NCBI GenBank assembly: GCA_038816475.1
Contig: JAWBAI010000004.1
Location: 45,534 to 109,533, forward strand
Direction: 5' to 3'
DNA length: 64,000 bases
Source: Desulfurococcaceae archaeon
Lineage (GTDB): Archaea; Thermoproteota; Thermoprotei_A; Sulfolobales; Desulfurococcaceae
In this document: piece by piece, positions 1-7,106 of the stretch
How the letters are laid out: each line of letters opens with the position of its first letter
How positions within the stretch are numbered: the first letter of the stretch is position 1
Made by a program: the position numbers and the translations under genes
Notes under the pieces: generated by a model
Told to the model about the DNA's origin: nothing
What the model saw: the letters and a program-made list of their open reading frames with translations, nothing else
Database searches by the model: none

Positions 1-494
1 TGGTTAACCTTCCTAAGTCCGTGAAGATACTTTCTAGCTACCTCCTTTGGACTGAGGGTCCATAGTGGATTACTTGAATAAAAGGTTTCTGTAGCCTTAA
101 TTAGCGCATCAACGGGGTTTCTCCAGGCTTCGCCCATGGTTTTTAAGTAACCGTTCTCATCTCGGGCATATGTTCTAATACCAACAACTAGTATAGGAGG
201 AGCATCAAGTACCGTTATAGGTACAAATACCTCCTTACCTGTGAACGGGGTGTTTGGTCTATCTTCAATTATGATAGCATGGGTCATTCCAGCCTTGTAG
301 ACCGGGTAAGCAAGCAGAAGAGGTTTACTCGAGATGTTCCTCTCAAGAGCTTCTTTGCTGTACTTTTCAACTACGATATCAAACCAGCTGGTTTCAGGCC
401 AACTTTTAATTCGAGGTGTAAGTTCTTCCGCTCTCTTGCGTGGTCTTACTCCTAGACTTCCATGTCTTGGAGCACTTAACTTCCTATGGCCCAA
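1..494 (-). CDS. rpl3: 50S ribosomal protein L3 (5' part; runs off the window edge)
   Basis: Manual translation from TTG at 494: MGHRKLSAPRHGSLGVRPRKRA..., later YKAGMTH, the archaeal L3 N-terminus; GGTGA RBS upstream; not in ORF track. Confidence 0.95.
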   Translation of the reverse strand, partial: MGHRKLSAPRHGSLGVRPRKRAEELTPRIKSWPETSWFDIVVEKYSKEALERNISSKPLLLAYPVYKAGMTHAIIIEDRPNTPFTGKEVFVPITVLDAPPILVVGIRTYARDENGYLKTMGEAWRNPVDALIKATETFYSSNPLWTLSPKEVARKYLHGLRKVN

Positions 495-570
495 GCTAAG
501 TCACCATGATAAGCATACTACCTATCTACTAAACGTGAGTACCTTTTATACTCCACAACGAAACAGATTC

Positions 571-1407
571 CTATATACCTTTTAAGTATATGTTCACTAT
601 TGCGAGAGTTATTATGAGAGCTTCCTCTGTTCTAACCGTGGCGACTTTTTGCTCTGGAACAGTGTTCCAGATGAAGTCAGCGTAGTCTTGTATCCTGAAG
701 TGTTCTTGCTCGGATAGCTCAAACAGATCGTACTTAGGACTACCGAACAGTATTAGCAAGTCGCGTCCTCTCATCCCCTCGACCTCGTGAAGCGTGGGAA
801 CAGAGCCTTTTCTGTCTGTGACTATAATGTAATCAACTATTCCACGATACCTGGTTACAGTCTCTTTTAAACTGCTCGTGGAAGCTAGTACGGGACCTCT
901 ATAGACCTCTTTGTCTAGGCATACAGCTTCCCGGTTTTCACTGCTTATTACCTTAACAAGGACTACACTGTTTACTTTACTGCATTCTCCGATTATTTTA
1001 AAGGGTTCTATGCTTCCTAAGTGGGCTTTCAGCTCACCATTACTACCCCGGAATACGTATGCTAATCTCTCTTCACCTGAAATGGGTTTTCTGCTAACGT
1101 TAAACACGTTTAACCTTATAGGTGGCAACATACCAGCATATTTCAATTCAGGTGAGAGAGGTACCAGTATTTTACGTAGATAAGGAGGTGTAAACAGGTA
1201 TTTCCAGTGCTCTCGTATAATACGCAGATGTTCGTTGAATTCTTCAGTACTTGTTGAAAAATCTTTGTAGAACACTACCTCGCTTACTCCGAATATCGAG
1301 GTCCATCTGGCTACCTGATGAACTCTAAAAGACTTCTGTATAAGAGAAGGTTCAACGCTTAATATACTACTCGGTAGTGCAACGCGAATTCTCGTTTTTA
1401 CCATCAA
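571..1407 (-). CDS. SPOUT-family RNA methyltransferase (MTH1/C9orf114-like)
   Basis: N-terminal VALPSSIL, LFTPPYLRK..LKYAGMLPP, C-terminal NTVPEQKVATVRTEEA knot motif; usual position upstream of rpl3. Confidence 0.85.
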   Translation of the reverse strand: MMVKTRIRVALPSSILSVEPSLIQKSFRVHQVARWTSIFGVSEVVFYKDFSTSTEEFNEHLRIIREHWKYLFTPPYLRKILVPLSPELKYAGMLPPIRLNVFNVSRKPISGEERLAYVFRGSNGELKAHLGSIEPFKIIGECSKVNSVVLVKVISSENREAVCLDKEVYRGPVLASTSSLKETVTRYRGIVDYIIVTDRKGSVPTLHEVEGMRGRDLLILFGSPKYDLFELSEQEHFRIQDYADFIWNTVPEQKVATVRTEEALIITLAIVNIYLKGI

Positions 1408-1431
1408 CTACACACTGCGGATACGCTTGTT

Positions 1432-1566
1432 CTACTTTTTCTCCTCACTTTTCTGCTGCTTGGACTTTTCCTTGGCTTTTTCTCTGATCTCCTTTGATCT
1501 CTCTTCCTCTGTTTTCTTAGTGGTCTCCTTCATCATGAATATGGTTGTCTTCTGCCTACCACCCAT
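1432..1566 (-). CDS. Small Lys/Glu-rich protein (44 aa)
   Basis: MGGRQKTTIFMMKETTKKTEEERSKEIREKAKEKSKQQKSEEKK*; AGGTGA RBS before the ATG; fills the gap between cedB and the SPOUT gene. Confidence 0.6.
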   Translation of the reverse strand: MGGRQKTTIFMMKETTKKTEEERSKEIREKAKEKSKQQKSEEKK

Positions 1567-1628
1567 ACAGTTTCACCTGTTTCTATTTTCGTTAAAAACA
1601 ATACAGAGTAATCCAGTTTTATACCTGC

Positions 1629-3281
1629 TTAGCGCTTTTGCAGAGTTCTAAGTTTTAGTGGAGTATGAATGTTCAGCACCTTAGCATTCTTTAGGACAGC
1701 GTTAACGTATATAGCTTCACCTACGCTCAGCTTAGATAACACTGATGCCAGTTCCGGCTTTATTCCGAGTATTTTCCTCACTTTGTCCAGATACTCCTCG
1801 TTCTTAGACCCGAAGACTAGTATGTTATAGATGTTCTCCAGTATTTCGTTAGGGAAGTCTTCGGGACCTTGGGAGGATACCACTACGCCCAACTTTCTAC
1901 TCCTACCCTCACGGACGATCTCTAGTAGTGTCTTCAATTTGAGTATTCTCCATGCATCGTCTACTAGCAGGAGGAGACCCTTCTCGCTGCTTTCTCTAAG
2001 TAATAGATGCCTCACTATTCCGAGAAGTAGCGATGCATATGTGTTCTGGAAAGTTGTACCTCTACCTTCGAGGTTTATTAAAACGAGCGCGTTGCCTCGT
2101 GCTAGGTGCTTTTTAATCCACTCGTAATCCGTGTTTACTTCAATGAACTCTACGAATGGTATAATAACGGATGCGGAAGGATTCTTTGAAGCCTCCTTTG
2201 GGTCTCTCTCCACGACAACTAATGCTTTTAGAACAATCTCGGGACTTATTCCACCAGCGTGAGATAAGGATTCTACGACAACCCCTCTCCAGCTCATGTA
2301 CTCAATACCTGGAGGAGGATTTAAGATGTTTATTGGTGCATTATCCGGGGTGAGAACAGGTATAAGTTCATCCGAGATGTAATGACGAAGATCACCCTTA
2401 AAGTCTATGATAACAACATCTGAAAACCCCTCCGAGACAACCTGCTCTACTAGAGACGCTAGTAGTGTGGATTTTCCTCTCCCAGTTGGACCAATAACGG
2501 CTATGTGGTGATACAAGTACTTAAGTTGGAGAACAACGGGATGCATAGTGCTCTTCTCGAAACCTATCAGAATTCCGGGTTCATCGATCATGGGTTTGTC
2601 TAGTGTTACCGGTTGAAAATACGAAAGCCTATCTGCTTCGATGTGAATGCTTGATAACTCTGTTTTTGCATTTAAACCAAGAACACTGAGAATGAACGAA
2701 GCTATTTCACTATAACCCGCTCTTTCAAGTCGGAGTCCAAAACTGTTCTTAAAAACAGACGTAACAATCGACTCGTAGTAGTCAGCCATGCTCTTGGCTG
2801 TACTTTTATCTTTTGCATCAATTCTAAACACTACAGCAAGTGATATCTTTAGAAAAGGTTTGCCTTCAATTATAGCATGATACAAGGTCTTCAGCTTATC
2901 AAGCTTAACTCTAAGTTTAAGTTTTTCTGTTTCACTCTGAACGAGTTCGAGGTCAGCTTGCGTATTCAATATAGAGTTCTTGAGATTCTTTAGATATCTA
3001 TCCAGGTCGAACTCCTCCTTGTAAAGATACAAGTGAACACTCGATGGCAAGGACTTGAGCAGAGCTACGTATTCCTCAAATATGGTTTTACTGCGTTCAC
3101 TCAGAAGTTCTTCAACATCATACTCTGTATCTCTGCATATGAGTATTCTGCTTAAAACAACTCCGCTAGGGTATTGAATAATCAAGTCCGGGGGATCTAC
3201 CTCAACATTCCTTATTTTTAATTGTATAATTTTGAACCCTAACTCTGTTAAAAACTTAGCGAGGAGCTTCACGGTTATCAA
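1629..3281 (-). CDS. cedB: CedB, HerA/VirB4-like ATPase of the Ced DNA import system
   Basis: Walker A GPTGRGKS, IIDFKGD, Walker B LLVDDAW, REGRSRKLG..SSQ; last gene of the cedA1-cedA-cedA2 operon. Confidence 0.8.
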   Translation of the reverse strand: MITVKLLAKFLTELGFKIIQLKIRNVEVDPPDLIIQYPSGVVLSRILICRDTEYDVEELLSERSKTIFEEYVALLKSLPSSVHLYLYKEEFDLDRYLKNLKNSILNTQADLELVQSETEKLKLRVKLDKLKTLYHAIIEGKPFLKISLAVVFRIDAKDKSTAKSMADYYESIVTSVFKNSFGLRLERAGYSEIASFILSVLGLNAKTELSSIHIEADRLSYFQPVTLDKPMIDEPGILIGFEKSTMHPVVLQLKYLYHHIAVIGPTGRGKSTLLASLVEQVVSEGFSDVVIIDFKGDLRHYISDELIPVLTPDNAPINILNPPPGIEYMSWRGVVVESLSHAGGISPEIVLKALVVVERDPKEASKNPSASVIIPFVEFIEVNTDYEWIKKHLARGNALVLINLEGRGTTFQNTYASLLLGIVRHLLLRESSEKGLLLLVDDAWRILKLKTLLEIVREGRSRKLGVVVSSQGPEDFPNEILENIYNILVFGSKNEEYLDKVRKILGIKPELASVLSKLSVGEAIYVNAVLKNAKVLNIHTPLKLRTLQKR

Positions 3282-3429
3282 CCTCCTTGTGAATAAGTAT
3301 TAGTACCGTAAGAAACACTGCAGATAGTATTAAGTAGAGTATATCACCAGTAAAGTAGTACTCGATTGTACCATACGTAGCAACTATCGACATGACTAGT
3401 AGTTTAACAACATTGGTTTTCCTACTCAT
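3256..3429 (-). CDS. cedA2: CedA2-like small two-TM protein (57 aa)
   Basis: MSRKTNVVKLLVMSIVATYGTIEYYFTGDILYLILSAVFLTVLILIHKEVDNREAPR*; ATGA overlap with the cedA stop; size and position match cedA2; below ORF-track cutoff. Confidence 0.65.
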   Translation of the reverse strand: MSRKTNVVKLLVMSIVATYGTIEYYFTGDILYLILSAVFLTVLILIHKEVDNREAPR

Positions 3430-4820
3430 AAATTACCAGCCGCCAACCTCATAATCGTACTAGAGTATCCGCCGAGTAACCTTGCTACACTTATGGAGAT
3501 CGCGATGAGAATACCCATGTAGATCATGGGAAGTAGTACCAGCTCGATGAAGCCATACACAGCGTATACAAATAAAGCCTCAGGTGAGAACACATCCACT
3601 TCCACAGCTTTCAGTATGAAAGGCTCTATGGCTACGTTTATTGGTGTGGTCTTGTAGAAGTCCAGGACTATGGTTAAGTTGTAAGTGCCCGGATTTATTG
3701 AAATCTCGTAGATGGAGTACCAGACACCATACCATTCTCCTATTCTTCTACTTGGACTTGGAATAACAGTGTTGTTTAAGTAAATTGTAACACCATCTTC
3801 ACTTTCCGTGTATATTTCTATAGAACCATCTACACCCGTGTGTAGCTGTACCTGAACAACTCTATCGGCTCTCTCCACTCTTAGTATTGTTATATTAGAG
3901 CTAAAGAACACGAATCTATTGGGGGCAAGGAATACTCCATCCACAACTTGGTATGTTCTGTTCATAGGCTCCTCATTACTTCTTCTGAAGGTTGCTATGT
4001 ATGTGTTATTGGCTATATCAAATACGATCGTGTGGTTTCTACACGGAAACCCCAAACCAGCTGAAACAACAAGTTCACCTTGCTCATTAAGTTTGTACTT
4101 GTAAAGTAACTCTCCTGTTCTAGAATCATAACCTTCAATTACAGCAGGACCCATGGAAGTCCTAGAAGCATCCACTAATCTAAGACTAGCCGTACACACT
4201 GGCTCCTTGTACCTCAGTGGTGGTTGAACACCGCTAATGATCAGAGACGAAAAGGCGGGCATAAGTGGTATTCCTAGAATAAACACTATTGCGAAGGATA
4301 GTATCGTTGATCCAACGCTCCTGGTTAATTTGAATGGAACAGCGTGTAATACGAGCCCTAGAGCCATTAGTAGTTTAAAAGACGTGAATAGAACAGTTGC
4401 TATTACTAGAATAAATAGGAGCATCATATAGGATGATGTAACCAAATTGGTTATCGGAGTTAAAATAACTGAGGTAATAAACCTGAAACCTAGTTTATCT
4501 AAAGCAATACCTAGAGCCTTGAGAACTGCCAGAAGGTTTGTGATCATGGATAACCTGTCTGTTAACCAGTAGCCGAACGCGATCCAATCACTACCTAGTA
4601 CACGTCCCAAGTATTCCATTAACCGAAATATCAAGTTGTATGAGAACACCAGAGTCGCAGAGAATAATCCATCGGCAACTAGACTTCTACCTAGCTTCTT
4701 AATGCTAATAAACGGCAGAGGCAAAGCTTTTAGTAGAAGACCTAAGCAGTAAGATAGTACAGAGAGATAGAATGCCAAAGTTAGCAAGTCCATTAAAAAC
4801 AGCACCGTTTCTGTGAACAA
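3426..4820 (-). CDS. cedA: CedA, polytopic membrane protein of the Ced DNA import system
   Basis: N-terminal multi-TM block (LLKALPLPF..KKLGRSLVADG; VPFKLTRSVG), large extracellular beta domain, C-terminal TM ending ARLLGG. Confidence 0.85.
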   Translation of the reverse strand: MFTETVLFLMDLLTLAFYLSVLSYCLGLLLKALPLPFISIKKLGRSLVADGLFSATLVFSYNLIFRLMEYLGRVLGSDWIAFGYWLTDRLSMITNLLAVLKALGIALDKLGFRFITSVILTPITNLVTSSYMMLLFILVIATVLFTSFKLLMALGLVLHAVPFKLTRSVGSTILSFAIVFILGIPLMPAFSSLIISGVQPPLRYKEPVCTASLRLVDASRTSMGPAVIEGYDSRTGELLYKYKLNEQGELVVSAGLGFPCRNHTIVFDIANNTYIATFRRSNEEPMNRTYQVVDGVFLAPNRFVFFSSNITILRVERADRVVQVQLHTGVDGSIEIYTESEDGVTIYLNNTVIPSPSRRIGEWYGVWYSIYEISINPGTYNLTIVLDFYKTTPINVAIEPFILKAVEVDVFSPEALFVYAVYGFIELVLLPMIYMGILIAISISVARLLGGYSSTIMRLAAGNL

Positions 4821-4823
4821 GTG

Positions 4824-5090
4824 CTAAGGCATTTGAGGTGGTTGTGGCATTGGCAACTGAATTGACGATGTAATGTAAGATATGATCGCGAATACAGTCG
4901 TTCCCATGGCTAACCAGAAAGCAGCCCACAGGGCATCCTCGATCATCTTACTACCTGTCTTCTTAACTTTCACGAACGGTAATGGTAAACCTTTTATTAA
5001 CCAGCCGATAACCCAGGCGAGTAGAAAAACAAACCAAGCTATAATAACCACCATTGTTATTAAACCTTTGACAAACTCCACAACACTCAC
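4824..5090 (-). CDS. cedA1: CedA1 (VirB2-like pilin of the Ced system)
   Basis: AWVIGWLIKGLPLPFVKVKKTGSKMIEDALWAAFWLAMG, the CedA1 pattern; likely start GTG 5090 after GGGTGA RBS (track start 5105). Confidence 0.85.
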   Translation of the reverse strand: MSVVEFVKGLITMVVIIAWFVFLLAWVIGWLIKGLPLPFVKVKKTGSKMIEDALWAAFWLAMGTTVFAIISYITSSIQLPMPQPPQMP

Positions 5091-5116
5091 TATTATCACC
5101 CACAATAATGAGCATC

Positions 5117-5143
5117 TTAACTAGAGGAGAGAGTGGCGAAAGT
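5117..5143 (-). promoter_or_regulatory. Putative DNA-damage-responsive promoter of the ced operon (ACTTTC-N6-CTCTCCT-N4-TTAA)
   Basis: Minus strand ACTTTC GCCACT CTCTCCT CTAG TTAA; contains the ANTTTC hexamer known from Sulfolobales UV-inducible promoters; same layout at 35631-35657. Confidence 0.55.
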
Positions 5144-5162
5144 TACACAGCGGTGAACTGCT

Positions 5163-7091
5163 ATGAGAAAATTGTGGCCCGAAACGGTGAAAATCTACTG
5201 GGATCCTTGGCGCAACATACCTGTAGTAAAGCCAAAGCAGGAAGAACTAGACCTCTTCTATCAACTTAGATTAAGTGAACCGGGGGATGCAAGACCTGCT
5301 TTTCCTGGGGACCTAGAGAAAATAAAAGAAGCTATTGCATACGAGTTTGGAAGTACTAAGCTGTTCGATCGCCTAGTGAAAGACCGCATAGTTCTGCTCA
5401 ATAAGGTTCCACACTGGGATCTTATGTACGAAGTTGTAGTTTCAGGAAACGTCGTAGGGCAATTCTACTACGATCCATACAAATGTAAGTGGAGATTCAG
5501 GTTAACTTACCAGGGCGCTTACACAGCTGTACAAAACAACCTTGTTGACACAATAAGAGGTGATCCCCCCTACTACGGCGGTAAAGTAGTAAGGGAGAAG
5601 TATAGCTCAAGTGCTAGAGAGCTCGTGCTGATCGATCATAAAGGTACTATAAGAGGAGTATGCGAAGTACTACCAACAGGCGAAGTGGTGATCGCAAAAA
5701 CTTTTCATGATAAAACAGCGCCCGTGGAAACCAGTGATAAACCAGCATCAGTGCAAGATTTAGTAAAATACAATGAAGAAGGTATCTTAACTCTAGAGGA
5801 GAAGTCAATCAACTACTTGAGAAGACTTTTCAACAGGTACTCTAGCCTTAGACCCGTAGTATCGTATTCCGGTGGAAAAGATAGTCTCGTGGCACTAGAT
5901 CTAGCTCATAGAGCATTCGGAGACCTTGACATTCTGTTCAATGATACCGGCTTGGAGATGCCTGAAACCCTCTGCAATGTCGAATACGTGGCAAACTACT
6001 ATGGTTATAAGTTATACGTAGCATCAGCCGGCGACATCTTCTGGAGAGCAGTAGATGTATTTGGTCCACCCGGTAAGGATTACCGGTGGTGTTGTAAGGT
6101 AACTAAACTAGTACCTATTGCAAAGTTAACTAAGGCTGTATGGCTCAACGGAGGTCTCAACATAGTTGGTCAAAGAGCTTACGAGTCGCTAGATAGAGCA
6201 TCAAGTCCTCTTGTCTGGAGGAACAAATGGATAAGGCACATGGTGAGTACAACGCCTATTCAGTACTGGAGTCAACTTTCAACGTGGATCTACATATTTA
6301 AGTACAATCTCCCGTATAACAAGCTCTATACATATGGATTCGACAGACTCGGATGTTTCATGTGCCCTTCATGCGCTTTAGCTGAATTTGAGGAAACCAA
6401 GAAGTTGTACCCAGATCTCTGGGGAAGATGGGAGCAAGTGCTGAGATCCTGGAAAAATAGAATGAATATGCCCGAGGAGTGGATAAAGCTTGGATTGTGG
6501 AGATGGCTTACGCCCGCTACTGCGAAGAAAAGGTTAACGCATCATGTTCCAGCATACTCAATGGACTGGAGAAAAGAGTACATGCAAAGACTCGAAAAGA
6601 GCAAGTCAAGCTTAACCCCCTTAGCTGTTGTGAAAGAAGGAGATAAGATCACAATACAGTTTAACAAGAACCTCCTACCAGAGGATCAAGTAGACGTATT
6701 TATCGCCAACATAGGAAGTTTAGGTTTCATCGTTGTTAGCAAAGAGCCACCTGTGTTCGAGAAGGGGAACGCTAGGTACATGATCAAGCACAACACCATT
6801 AATGTATCAAACTACAACGATGAACTGTTCGAAGACCTTGTCGACGTCCTGAAGGTCATTTATAGAATGCATAACTGCGTTTACTGTGGTAGTTGTGTAC
6901 TATGGACTAGAAAAGGTAGCGTTGCATTAACACCCAAGGGACCTATAGTAAAGAATGAATTGTCTGAAAGCGAGAAAAGAGCGTACATGGAAATATGCCC
7001 TATAAGCGATCAGCTCGTCGAGAAAGTAGTACTCTCTCTGCTACTTAATGATTACAGAGCGTTCAAGAGGAAGACGAGACGTAGGATTTAG
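5163..7091 (+). CDS. PAPS-reductase-family protein with PUA-like and C-terminal Fe-S domains
   Basis: PP-loop SYSGGKDS, RWCCKVTK, RLGCFMCP, C-terminal CVYCGSC..C cluster. Confidence 0.85.
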   Translation: MRKLWPETVKIYWDPWRNIPVVKPKQEELDLFYQLRLSEPGDARPAFPGDLEKIKEAIAYEFGSTKLFDRLVKDRIVLLNKVPHWDLMYEVVVSGNVVGQFYYDPYKCKWRFRLTYQGAYTAVQNNLVDTIRGDPPYYGGKVVREKYSSSARELVLIDHKGTIRGVCEVLPTGEVVIAKTFHDKTAPVETSDKPASVQDLVKYNEEGILTLEEKSINYLRRLFNRYSSLRPVVSYSGGKDSLVALDLAHRAFGDLDILFNDTGLEMPETLCNVEYVANYYGYKLYVASAGDIFWRAVDVFGPPGKDYRWCCKVTKLVPIAKLTKAVWLNGGLNIVGQRAYESLDRASSPLVWRNKWIRHMVSTTPIQYWSQLSTWIYIFKYNLPYNKLYTYGFDRLGCFMCPSCALAEFEETKKLYPDLWGRWEQVLRSWKNRMNMPEEWIKLGLWRWLTPATAKKRLTHHVPAYSMDWRKEYMQRLEKSKSSLTPLAVVKEGDKITIQFNKNLLPEDQVDVFIANIGSLGFIVVSKEPPVFEKGNARYMIKHNTINVSNYNDELFEDLVDVLKVIYRMHNCVYCGSCVLWTRKGSVALTPKGPIVKNELSESEKRAYMEICPISDQLVEKVVLSLLLNDYRAFKRKTRRRI

Positions 7092-7106
7092 CTGAAGAGC
7101 GTTATG

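Noticed and set aside
334-585. Short ORFs in the track overlapping longer genes (this one, 1427-1651, 10064-10411, 53991-54368, 54633-55034 and similar)
   Set aside because: Antisense or alternate-frame shadows of well-supported genes with no motifs
5163-7091. PAPS-reductase-like gene as DndC of a phosphorothioation system
   Set aside because: No dndB/D/E or ssp neighbours; the PUA plus Fe-S architecture is the common conserved archaeal family
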